A stretch of DNA of 64,000 bases from Raillietiella orientalis. Taxonomy: Eukaryota. The position numbers and the translations under genes were made by a program. This document shows positions 32,269 to 44,700 of this stretch, piece by piece. Each line of letters begins with the position of its first letter. Within the stretch, counting starts at the first letter, position 1. A model generated the notes under the pieces. It was given only the letters and a program-made list of their open reading frames with translations, was not told where the DNA came from and did not search any database. The stretch spans positions 1,426,001-1,490,000 of the forward strand of contig JAYWIR010000008.1 in the NCBI GenBank assembly GCA_036172245.1. Direction: 5' to 3'.

Positions 32269-34484
32269 TCATTCATCTGAGATCCAATCTCCTGCAGTTA
32301 CAGAATTCATATCTTGCACAGCAAATTTACTGCTTTCTTTCAAAGTCATTACTGAATCATCCTCATTGGCAAGCTGAAAGGAGACTTCAGGAACCATGTC
32401 CGCAAAAAAGTTGATTTCCTCTGTGTCATTTAGGTTTTTCTGGTGAACATCATGAACATCCACTTTTTGTTCTTCATTGTTCACTTCTGGTGGCTTTTCC
32501 TCCCAGCTTGACCAATCAACAACTGTAAATTCCTCTCCCGAATCAACAGATACTTGATTTTCTACCTTTGGCTCTGGAAAAATTAAGCACTAATTGAGAA
32601 TTCACTCAGAGCACTCAACAGAAAATGGGACAGCTTTCATTTAAATTCCTTAAAATCTACTTTGCACTTTTTCGTTCCTCTCTCAACATAGATAAAACAG
32701 AAAATGGTGAAACATACTTGATATTCCACAAGCCACAGTTTCCTCTGAAGTAACTTTAGGATGGCCATCAAAAAATATTTTCTGGCTATTTGGTCCCACA
32801 ATAACAGATGGTCCTAAAATGGGAACAAGGTCAGCCAAACAATGAAGAGTAGCAGCTACTAGCTGTTCGTGCTGATCCCTGACTCCTAAAAGAATCTGAA
32901 AAATCCAAATGTTGACAGATACTCCTAATGCTGGCATACCTGTGGTAGAATTTGGCACTTAATTTCATTTGTTGAAAAAATACGTATGAATTTTTCGAGG
33001 TGCTGCAAACATAACATACGAATTTGCACTTCACGGACTGCCAACAATGTCAACAAGTGTGGAAGCACATATTCTCTGAACTCAGATTTAGAAAAATAAG
33101 AATTTACAGAATTCTCATTCCAAGGATTCTTTTGTGTCCCTAAAAGCAGAAAATGCAACAAAACCACCCAAATTTGTGGTCATTCCTGCTTCAGCAATTT
33201 ACCATCACGAGGAGTAAGAAGATGTGGCAATAAATACTTCTGGGCTGCAGGTTCTAATATGATAAATCTGCTTAGAAGCAAAGGTACCATCTGATGACCA
33301 AGCAAATCTTCCTTAACATGATATAATGACTCAGCTGTGGTCCTCAAGATAAAAAATTGATTGTTTGGAAAATAAAAACAATTTGATTACTTGAAAAAAT
33401 GAGCCCTATCTTCAGCTGGAATATCCAAAAGATTAGTAAGTGACATGTGGATCTGCACATATCGGTTGCTGTACATGTAGGTTAATCCTTCAGATAACTT
33501 TAACAACACTTCCTTGATAAGGAATTTACCTGCAAAACACATTTTGTGAGCTTCTTGAAATTAAATCTCACTTCTAAGATTTTCTGTATTATCTTATTTT
33601 TATATCTTCGATCCTGAATTTATTCTGAATATGTCCTAGTTAATGGTATCAATGGTATACATGTGACATCTTGTCTATCTTTCCAAACAACTGCATGTTC
33701 TACCCCCATAACAATGTGATACATCATTTACTTTGGTTGTTGCAAACTGCACTAGCCAAATCCAACAGAAACATTTTGATATAATAATAAAGTTCTTTCT
33801 TTTCTACATTCAAATCGCTAACTAATGGAATTCCAAATAATTTCCACTTCCAATTTTTATCAACAAAAATATGGCTTGCCATTAATGATACCACGTTCAT
33901 GTTGCTCTAGCAAACACAGCAAATGGAGGGCAATTCCTAAATTTATAGGTTAACTGTACCTTGTTCAAAATGAAAGTTAAACCGTCAACAATATTTGACA
34001 ACCCAAAACAAAGACCATCTTCATCAAAATGTGATGTGACATCTAATAAAGGAAATACGTACTCTGTAACAATAAAAAGTGAAGACTGTTTTTCCCATGA
34101 TCCAAATAATTTCACTATAGCTGGATGATGATGCAACCTATGATACTAAAAAATAAGGATAGTTAAATTAAATCAAATACCAGTCAGCTGCAGTACAGTG
34201 CACATGATTCGCCTAGATTCTTTGAATGAAACTTTCAAGCCACAAGAGTCTTTAGTTTTATCAAAATGTGGCTTACATACCTTTACAATATCTCCGGTTT
34301 GTTTACTTGTGTTTTTATTCAGGGGAAACATAAATACGGTTATTTCCTGCTTGCTGGAATTCGGCATAACGCTCGCACCATGATAAACATCACACATTTT
34401 TTTATCAAAGCTCCACTGGATCTTTTTGAAGCAAACATTTTGCAAGGAATAACTTTTGTATGCACTGCTGTTGTGTGCTCCCAT
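32269..34484 (-). CDS. SCYL3: SCY1-like pseudokinase 3 (PACE-1), multi-exon
   Basis: Myristoylation-type N-terminus [46 protein letters not shown] region [79 protein letters not shown]-terminal [18 protein letters not shown]. Exon boundaries at ~33500-33830 and ~32580-32760 are not fully resolved. Confidence 0.9.
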
Positions 34485-34825
34485 TTCTCACAAAACAGGA
34501 CCTTCCATGCTTAACACAAACATAAGAATTGAAGGGCTATGTGTGGCACTTCCCTAAACTTTGTACCATATGGGTAGTCTACTTTCAAGTCCATACCTCA
34601 TACATTTCATAGCCATTCCGTGAAGCATCCCATGACACGTAAAATAACTACAAAAACTGTAACACAATCGTTATGGGGATTGTACTCAATTACAAGATAG
34701 TCACGGCACTACACCGCTAAGCTAATAACGAATCGATCAATCTTTTGCATGAGGCCTTACCGTCGAGCACCGTCTCAATAACCAAAGCTACTTTAACGCT
34801 GCCACACTCAAATTTGACGATAATT

Positions 34826-35195
34826 AAAAGCACCCCATCACGAACTGAGAGGGTACTGTACGTCCTTTCGGTACGGTACTTCCTTTCGGTACACTGCAGC
34901 ACGGTTTCCAACCGCAACGGGGAGGGCCATGCCGACGTTTTCCACGGCGCCCACACCGTGGACAAGTCCAGGCGGCCGGGCAGGTGCCCCGGTGGGCCTC
35001 TGCCCGGCCCGGGATTCCGCGATTCCCGGATCTGATGTGCCACAAACCGACTGTGTCGGGCACGGAATCCCGGGGCTCCCCTCCAGAAAGCAGCCTTCAG
35101 CCACGGTGGAGAGGGAACCGACGGAGGGTTGATGCACGATGACGTGCGGGCATCACCCTAGGCCCAGTCATCGGCAGCACCGGTTTCGACATCCC
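34826..35195 (-). ncRNA. Candidate structured non-coding RNA (family unassigned)
   Basis: GC-rich block made almost entirely of back-to-back stems. Most non-Watson-Crick positions are G-U on the minus strand. A terminal hairpin is followed directly by TTTT. 5' end approximate. See findings. Confidence 0.4.
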
Positions 35196-35336
35196 GTCTG
35201 AAAAAGGCATCTGTTTCACATCACTGATCGAGGAAAATGCAAAATTTGCGTTCCCCCTGAGAATCATCATCCATGGCAAAGAAGACGTCAGTGAAGCTGT
35301 GGAACAGAAGGTGCAGTTGATAAGTTTTTCAGTGTT

Positions 35337-35358
35337 TTGTGTGTGTGTGTGTGTGTGT
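35337..35358. repeat. (TG)n microsatellite
   Basis: tgtgtgtgtgtgtgtgtgtgt. Confidence 0.9.
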
Positions 35359-38300
35359 TATCCTCACAGATATAGCCTTTTGCATCTGTGAATCTGAATT
35401 CTACTGTAGTCTTGATCCAAGAAAGCATTTTTATTTTATTTTTTTGCCAGTTTCCAAACTACTCTCATGACATGATTGCAAACCACATCAAGGAAACCCA
35501 GAAATTGCAGGGATGTGAAACCCAACTTGGGTCCAACTTGGTTTGTTTCTTTACTTTCTAACTGCACTACCAATTGGAACTTTTTGTTTCTGCTCTTGAA
35601 GAAGGATTGACGAATGTATCAGTCCCACGTCGGTCGTCAAAACGGGGAAATAACGAGCAGTTTAACGTTATAAGTGAATCATACTCAGTGCAGCTTCATT
35701 TCGAATTTTTAACTCTTGAACATATATTTTCAATGGCTGCATGCAGCTTTTCATGTTACTCCTCACCTATTTTATATCTCCCACGATTGCACTGTATCTT
35801 GATTTTGAAGTCCAAGTCAACTGACTGCTCACTACTCGCCTCCAGTAGACAAAACATATGAATTCACACACAGGAAACAGCTTGAAACCCATGTGATCGG
35901 GCAGTACTCAGATGATGTGTAGAAAAAGACAAATCGACTGGGTTCGACTTCGAGTTTGAAACTACCTAATCCTATCCTTATCCTTCAGAATGTTCGTGCC
36001 GCTTCCAATGACCATCTCTATCTGTCTGAGACGTTTTGGAAGTAGCATTTTGGCGATTATACATCTTCTGTTTCATAGTTGCACTTTTGTGCAAGGCAAA
36101 TAATTAATGTACATCTGTGTACACCATTTAACTACACTTAGTTATGCGACTGTTATCTCTATTTCGATTTTTGCTTTTTTGAAGCTGGTACGCTTTACAA
36201 AACGTTGACTTAGAAGATATTCATTGATGCGAACCAGTCTGAAAAAAGGAAAACATGTGAATCAATCGGAACGAATAAAATGCAATCCTGAATCTCGGAT
36301 CAAAAATAAATAAGAATGTACAGAGAAAGTATGCCTCTTCAGTTAAAAGAATTCTCTCGGAGAAATGAAAGTCTTCGTAGTGCAATCAGCTACCTACGAG
36401 TAATTGGTAAAATGAAGTAATTTGCCTGAGTATCGTTTTTAGGTTACGTGTGCAGTTTTTATGTGTGATTTTATTTGCCGTGTTCTGCTTGGGACGTGTG
36501 ATCAATCAATCTGAACGAAAACATCAAATTGCCAAAAAGAATAATTTGGGAGACAGCATCTCCGCACAAAGAAAGATTCCTCGGAAACGGATGCTGCAAA
36601 ATCCTCAGAAAGAACATTGGAGATTCCATTCGAGTGCAGCTTCTTGGATGCAATCGAAGTCAAAAGGATTCAAAAGAAATGAAACGTGTGAATCTTACTG
36701 TAAACACCATTTGGCTTTGTATGAAATGTGTCTGGAGTGACACGTTTTCCATGCTAGAAGTAAGTGCTTTTCTGATCTACACATGAGAAGTAAGGAAGTA
36801 CGTACGATTTGAAAAGGGTGATGTAAGAAGAATCCCAGAAACCAGCAGGTACAACAGATAACATGTTTGGGGGTGTACAGCTTGCACACACGTAGGTCTT
36901 GTCGAGAGCTGCGATCTGGGGTTCTCCATTTTGGTTAATGGGACCCTTGAGAAAGCATTAAAAGTGAAGGTCCTTCTGCTCATTTGACAGAAGGATGCAT
37001 TATTTCATTTGCAAATGGAAATGAACTCTAGGCTGGGAGTAAGTCTTCACTGAAAACATCTTTAAGCTCATGCACTACTCATGGGGAGAGCAGTTCTGCA
37101 AATAATGGCATAATGGCAAAGGATGAACCCATTCTTGTTCACATAAGTTTAGCATTGAATTTGAGGATCCAGATTCATCTTGGGTCGTCAATTCTAAAGA
37201 ACAGTTGTAATATTTCGGCCAAAAGCTAGTGTAACTGTAGCTAAGTAACTCAAGTGAATGGTTTTTCACCCGGATATGCCGGGGCATTGATTATTAAAAT
37301 TTTATAAATACAATTTTGTAATAAAGTCTGAAGTTTTTTCGTGATTAAAATGAGGCACTTTTAAAGGCACTGCATGCACTTTAAAATTCCTCCCTATCAG
37401 TGTTGATCAAAGACCTCAGATAGAGCAATTTATGTTTAAAAGACTTTCCTAGATAAAAATGGTTGATTAATTAATGCTTATTGCAAATTCCTAATAATCC
37501 ATGGACTTTTTTCCTCTCGAATGTTTAAAGAGAAACCTTCTTGGTTTCAGTTGTAGGAATTGCTCACTTTTTGTACCTTTGAAAAATGCTGAAACTGAAA
37601 AGGCCAAGTCCATCTGTCTGCTTGCCCTTCCTCTCCTGGAGTGGAGATCTAGAATCGTCTTAGTTACGAGAATTCTTCCAAGGAATCCACTCGGCAACCA
37701 GCGGAGCCATCTCACATGCTAGTTGAAAGTCCTTCGCCATTTCCTTTCCTCGTTAGTTTTAACGACTTCCGAAAATCCACCCAGGATTCATTAGTGGGAC
37801 TCTCAGAATCAGTTCTCGGCTCTTCATTTTTCTTTTTGTCCTTCATTGAGGTTCAACGGGTGGGTTTTTATCCAGCTTCCCTTTGTTCAAAACGTTTCTT
37901 TTCCTGATGGCAAGAGCTAATATTTATTTGGAAACGAGCCGCATCTCCTTATCTGGTGCGATTCGTTACAAGAAGAGGATGCCATTTGGGACTTGTTGCC
38001 TTTCCTTGAATGATGGAAACATAACTTCGTCCCATCGTCCCTTCCAGCACTCCCGAAACTTTAAAAGACTGAGGCTAGCAGCAGTGGACGTTTGATTGTA
38101 GACAAAATTCAGCCGATCTCCATAATTACACCGATATGAAATTCTCGCACGTACAACTAAAGAAGAAAGAAGAAAACATCAATTATAAGATCTCTTCGTT
38201 ATGGCACTGAAAGGGGAAAACAAATCGAAGCGTCGCTTGGGAACCACACCTTTGCAAACGTCGCGTCTCTAACTCTTGTGGGAGAGGAACGTGAATGAAA

Positions 38301-38900
38301 TAATGGTCATTAAGTTCTTTCATTGCTAACCGTAATGGAAACATAAGTAATGAATTATAATAGCCCTAGTTTATTTTTTGCCTTTTAATAAAGGGAACAG
38401 GAAGAGCTCATAGTTTCCTTTCTTCTCTGGTATTGACGTTTTTGGAGTTTAGTTCCATACACTTGCAGCCGCATACATTGAGGTGTCTCAGTGAGTTTTC
38501 CTCTCTGAGACGGTTCAGTCATCAGCAGAACTGGTTGATGGAATGCACAGAGAAGCTAATGGCCCTCATGTGGATCCCGCAGATACATTCCAAGCATAAG
38601 TTTAGGTTCCACCTTAAAGCACTAGGAAAACCATAGTGTGGAACGTTACCCAGGAGTCGTCCTTTCCCTTACTGCACTCTAAACTTTGACGATACCGCAA
38701 GCCATCTTAGATGGAGTATCTAAGCAAGAGTAAACAGCAGCGTGGACTTTGCTGCCACACTTTGTGTTTACCATGAATATTAGTTCCGCACGATGCTCTT
38801 TCTGTATAGGGAGGCATTGCGTACAGAGCTATCTTAGAGCCTGCTGAATCTTTGTGGCTCAGCCAGAATTGCATGCTGGAATTCCTGCAGATGCTAAAAG

Positions 38901-38956
38901 AAGAGGAAAATGCCTCTTATCGAAAGAATGCTTTCGATAAGAGACATTTTCCTCTT
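38901..38956. repeat. Hairpin, 26-bp arms, 1 mismatch, 4-nt loop
   Basis: aagaggaaaatgcctcttatcgaaag-aatg-ctttcgataagagacattttcctctt. Confidence 0.9.
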
Positions 38957-39328
38957 ACTCTTCTTATGAAAGCCTGTGCAACAGCATTTGAGGTGTCCAG
39001 AAATCTGTTCCAAGTGTAACTCAATAGAATTTTGAAACTGTCGTACCATCAAGAAGACAGAAAGAATCACAGAAACCGATGAAAACAGAGGCTCACTGAA
39101 ATCTGGAACTGCTACTTTGAAAAAGAGTCATGAGCAAATAGAACCGATGCGTATGCAAATGTGTGTGTGCTCGCATACACTGATCGGAAGCAGCGTCTGC
39201 AGTATTTCCCGCAAGAATATTTCGGAGGCCTCCTCAGCTTCGAATCCAGCTTCGAAAGCGCAATCGCCATTTCTACGTTCTGGCACTCCTGCATGGTTTG
39301 GAGGCGTTTGGGTGGCAAATTTTTCGCT

Positions 39329-39582
39329 CCACAAGCCAGTTATCCTGTGGTAACTTTTCTGACATCTCTTGCTCAAAACTCATGATCTGTGCGCAAAGTC
39401 AAAAGGATCGTTAGGTCTCGCTTTCGCGGTCCGCATTCGTACTGAAAATCTGGATCAAGCCGGCTTTTGCCCTTCTGCTCTACGCGAGGTTTTTGTCCTC
39501 GCTGAGCCGGTCTCAGGACACCCGCGTTAGCTTCTGACGGATGCACCGCCCCAGTCAAACTCCCCACCTAACACTGTCCTCG
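39329..39582 (-). pseudogene. Dispersed 28S rRNA fragment (domain V region)
   Basis: Minus strand reads GACAGTGTTAGGTGGGGAGTTTGACTGGGGCGG...GAGCAGAAGGGCAAAAG...GATTTTCAGTACGAA...GTCAGAAAAGTTACCACAGGATAACTGGCTTGTGG, conserved LSU sequence. One G is missing from the conserved CAGGGATAAC, and the flanks do not read as rRNA. Confidence 0.93.
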
Positions 39583-40548
39583 GTTTTCGTGAGAGATCCA
39601 ACTGGCCCGCGTCGGAGGCTTTGCAGTTAAGGCTTCCGCGCGTGGCACCATGCGTCGCGGGTTCGAATACTCCGGCAGAAACTGACGCCACTGCGTCGTT
39701 GGGTTCCGAGTTTCTCCTGCAATGGCGCTGGTTGGCCGAAACATTCGGGCGTGGCAACGGCGGTGGATTAAGTCGGAGGCCCCCGATGAAGGCAGGAACA
39801 ATGGGAGTCGACGTTTGGGTCCTTCCAGGAATCAAGGAATGGGGAGTTCCCCCTCCGGTCGCGGACCCCCCTCACAGGGGGGACATCTCCGGTTTCAAGA
39901 TGGAGCAGAAGCCTTCACAGGCACCTATCTAGTTGTTTAACGGAGCGGACCTCCTCCGAGTCGCTGCCTCTCCTGAAGAGTGCAAGGAAGCAAGCGAGAG
40001 CGATTCCCTGCGGGAAGCTGCAGCGCCCCTTCTGAGTTTCGGAAGCGTCCCTTCGGGGTTCTCTTCAGAGGAGTGAACAGGAGCGGTTCCCTTGCGGGTT
40101 CCCTCCGGAGAAGATGAAATGGAGAGGACAGCCCTTCCCATTAGCGGGGTGTCCCTCCGGAGAGAATGAGGAACGAGATTCCTTTCTGGGTTCCCCTTCG
40201 GAGACAACCAGGGTGGGAGTGCGATCCCCCGTCCCCAAGCGTGAGAGGAACGGACTCCGAGCCTTCCCGGATTCATAAAGCGGACCCCCCTTCCGGGGTG
40301 TTCCCTATCTTGAAGAATAACACGCATCCCGAAATCCCGGGTGGCGTGGAACAGGGGCCACGTGCGCCGCGAGGCACGCGACTGGCTCTTGAGGTACTTA
40401 GCAAACCAAAAAAAAAGAAACCTGAAAAAACTGGAAAAAAAAATGCTGGAAAGGAAAAAACAGTGGAGACAGAGAAGAACCCAAAAGGATTTCCATCATC
40501 CCTAAGCCAATAGTAACGATCTCCTCGTGGGGTCTCTACTCCGAATGC

Positions 40549-40579
40549 ACGAAAACTGAGATGAGATCTCAGTTTTCGT
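40549..40579. repeat. Perfect 14-bp inverted repeat, 3-nt loop
   Basis: acgaaaactgagat-gag-atctcagttttcgt. Confidence 0.85.
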
Positions 40580-41749
40580 TCTCGGGCCAATTGGAGTGGT
40601 CATCCAGCTGGGGGCGTGATGTTTCGCGGATGCACGGATCAGAGTGTCCGCCGCCGAACTTGAACTCACCGGGCCGGGAGGCGCTGCAGGCAACCGTGTA
40701 GTGTGCTTGGCCTGGTGGATTCCGGAGGGGTGGGCTCCGCTTCAGCTCTCTGAAGGCTTCTCCCTCCCCCAGCAGCAGCTCCAGCATCGAAAATCTTCCC
40801 TCGATTTCCGAGACCGTTCTTGGGAAGGGCCGGCTCCCAGCCACTGCGGCACGGTTCCCAAACCGAAACCTTCAATGCAAAAGACCGTTCTCCGCGAATC
40901 AAAGATGACTGCATCTCGAGAAAACCGATCCTGTTCCCGGATAAGTCGATTCACGAGAGCTTTCTCAGGTTCCCTCCACCGAGATGATCGAAACAGCCGG
41001 CCGTAGAAGGGAACTGAAGACTACTCTCCTGAGGACAAGGCCTTTGCCTACAAACCTTGAAATAGACGACCCCTAGCCCGAACTCAAAAATCGAGTCAAC
41101 CGCAGATTCCTAAGAGAAAGGTCCCCTCGTTCTCCTCAGCTTTGGCTTTCTCTGCAGTTTCATCATCTTTAAGATTCTTCTCTCTGAGGCGCAGAGTGGA
41201 TGACCGCTGCTGCTTTGTTGGAGGCCGTGTTCCAGCCAGATCAAAGAGCTCGTGGTCTTGTGTTTACCCTGAGAGACGAAGCTTTGCACTCAGTCAAGCT
41301 GAGACTCTCTTTTATCCCCCCTCTGCCCCCTCCCTTCCCCAAAATTAGAAGGCGGAAAGTTCGCTGCTACGCGGCACTCAGATTTCAAGAAGTGAAACCG
41401 AAACACGGCTTTCGAATCGGCTACGTGGAAAGACAAAGGCAGTTAAAGGGAGAGACAATATCCCCTCCCTTTAACCGATAAGGTAAATGAATGAGGGAGG
41501 GAAGGAATGGAGGAGAACCTATCAATTGTGGCGCTTCTTTTGGAGACCTCGTGCAACATAAGCGTCATCCTCCTTCGCTTCTCCTCGCGGGAGGTGCCAT
41601 TCTGCCTCCCGCATTCTGCATCACGGAGGAGGCAAGGCGAGGCTCGAGTATGCCCTTCTTTGCACCTTTGTTGGTATTGTCACTCAGCGGGACACCACCA
41701 CCATCCACCTGACGTGACACAGGATCACCATCGGGGTAGCAGGATAAAG

Positions 41750-44700
41750 TCCGTCGCGAGTGAAGCAGAATCGCCGCTACGACTCCCTCGGGATGTCTCC
41801 GCAGTAAAGCAGGGCGTCTCCAGCTCCTCCGAAAATGATTGCGATCCACAATCGCGTCACGGGAACGCCCTCGCCTCTTTCGCAACCGGTCCTGTCCGAG
41901 AGACGCTTCCCCTCTCCAGCGGTGCTGACTCATGTTGGGTGGGTATCCATGGACCAACGCAACGTGCGGTCACTTGGAGGGAAAGGAGGCGAAGACCGTA
42001 TGAGTGGGGAAAAAGAATGTGCTCCACCTCATCTGTTGTTTTCATCCAAAAGCAGTCCTTCAGGAGAATGCGCAGCGAGCTCACAGCTGGCGTTGGCATT
42101 TCGTGCACAGCCCCCACGTGATGGCGTGACGGAAAGGCATCTCCCCGGGAGAAGCCAAAGCGGAAGCCTTCGCGTCTGCTCTGCCAGCCGGCACAGCTAA
42201 TTTCGCGGTAGGACTCCAGTAGCTGATCCCTTCTGAAATCCACGGAGTCTCCCGCACACTTCCTTACTCCAAAAGAAGTGTCGCTCGGGGGCGCCATCGG
42301 GCAGTATCTCGATCGTGCACGCGCTGCCGTAAAAGGATCCGGAGAGAAAATGCCGATGGATCTGACGAATTTTGAACCCACCGTCGACAGAGCTCTCAGA
42401 AGGCAGGATTTTTCTCCGAGGCCTCCGGGAGGACTTGGTCTCCGGGCTGGACCATGAAGTTGGTCAAGTTGGACACTCAGCTGGTGACTACGGAGCGAAC
42501 CTCATCAATGCATTTGCCGAACGGAACTCCTTGCTTTCGGTTTCTGCTCCCATCCCTCAACTTCCTGTCTCTAGCGTATGTGGAAGTCTCTCTAAGGATG
42601 ATGAATACTCTCTCAGTTTGAGGGATCAGCAAAGAAAGACGCATCTTTGAGCTGCTTTTGTTCACTTCTAAGCACGGAGGGGAGGGGGAAACGTCACGTT
42701 TCGACTCGTTACTCCCCGTCTTCGTTTTGATTCGACGGGATGGATGCAGGAAACTGTGAAATTGACCCATCGGCATATCGACCACTCAACCACTTTAAAA
42801 ATCAGTGAGATCAGATTTTGCTCACTTCATCTCCATTGCCAAAAAGGTTCACTGCAACCGAATCACATCCTGGAAAGTGCGGGAGAGGCAGGAAAGGCTC
42901 TTGAGTTAATCTGCTCCTGCCTCCGCTTCATGGATTTAGGAAACCAGAATGAGTTTGGGCGTAATTTCCTGGAAATTGAGTATCTTGGCGCTAAGAATCC
43001 TGGATCACAGTTTCTCGGAAATCCTCCAAGTGAACCTCCGAGCCCAGTATTCCATTCCTCCTCTCTCTTTCTTTCTCTCCCTCTCTCTGATGGCATTCCA
43101 GTTCGCTTAAAGAAAAAGAAGTTCATGAACGTCAAAGACTTCTGGTATCATTATTTCAATACTGGTTTCTAGGGAAAGGGAAGCATCGAAGAGAGCACAC
43201 CTATCTCTGCTCCTGCTATGGCAATCAATAGCGCAGCAGAGCAGACATGGAAAAGCTTCGAACCGATTTTTTTTCCAGCAGTCATTCTCCCATTTTCCCC
43301 TGCTTTCCTGAAGTAGTTGCTGCTTGCTCCCTCCATACAAAGAAAAAGCTGGTACAGCTCTGCAAAGAACACCGGCATTCATATACAAGGATTCTACTAT
43401 TTGTGATCACCATCTAAGCACATATTCCTGTATTTTGTGCAATAATTTCGAACTTCAATCCCCCAAAAACTGGAGATTGAGATTGTTACACCTTCTCGTC
43501 ATCAGTTACCAGCCTCATCTTGTCGTCTTTGGCTGATTATCGTGACGTCATCTGATCTCCATGTCGTTGGCTCATCTCAGGGGCGTCGGCTGATCATGTC
43601 GATGCCTGTCACTGCATGGTCAGCTCATCTTACCAGCCTCTGGTAAAGTGAAAAACCGCAAAACTACTCTGTTGAAATAATTCGCAACATCGAGAGTGAC
43701 TATCTTAAGATATTAAAATGCACATGTGTTATTAGTTACGCTACTTAATTTTATCGAATTTAGATTCATTTCTTATCTTGGCAATACAAAACCAAGCTAC
43801 TTAATTTTTTTTTTGTAATATTTCTCACGTAAATTCAGAGGGAGGAACTCTTGGTGAAATGCCCGAGACTGCCTGGTGTAGAAGAAATCCATGATTTGTG
43901 TCTCTAGACTACATTCAAATTTATGACTATCAGACACTCATTTTAGTGTATTCTGGCTTGGCAGTATATGAATGAATGAGTGCTGGCAGTATAGTATTAA
44001 TGAATTCTTCATTAATTAGCTTTCACGACAATTGCTAACACCTGTGAAAACTAATTCGTCAAAACTTTACCTGTAAAAACTACTCAACTACTAGCTTTCC
44101 TCTAACCTTTACTACCTGTAAAAACTTTTTAATTTGCCAGCACAAGCTGATCTGCTATTGATCATAATCTGGATCAGAATAGGTACAGTGAAGCCAGAGC
44201 AAATTATTCTGAGAAATTGGTATGCATGTCGGCATCTGTGAAATTCATCCAGCGACTCATTGATCATTAAGCACCTTAAAAAATTCCTGATAGCACATGT
44301 AGCATGATTTCTTACCATTTCAAGACGTTTTCATTTCAAGAGATTAGGACATTAGGACAGTGATTTGGTTGCCATAATTCACATAGACAGTTAAAAACAC
44401 AAAAAAAAATCAAAATCAATCATTCAGTTTATTCGTTCATTTTTCAGATTTAGTTTTCCAAACTACGAATTCAAAATTTATGCCTTTCTGTCACAGTGCC
44501 ATCCTATTATTCCGTCTTAGATGCAAATGCATATTTCGGATTCCCAGCTTAATTTCTTTTAAACAAGGCTTCATTATCTTGTTCGAAGCAACGTGGTACC
44601 CCTGTGGAAATATGATGTGGAATGTTCCACACGTTGCATGCATGTTCGTATTTTGTCGACATGGCATTGGATTTTATGGATTGAAATTGAATGTAAGCCT

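Noticed and set aside
34826..35195. Assignment as RNase P, RNase MRP, SRP or telomerase RNA
   Set aside because: No convincing CR-I/CR-V P4 pairing, no SRP helix-8 or Alu motif, and no 1.5-repeat telomere template.
39583..41100. R1/R2 rDNA-specific retrotransposon beside the 28S fragment
   Set aside because: The fragment lacks the R1/R2 target sites and no non-LTR RT ORF is visible.
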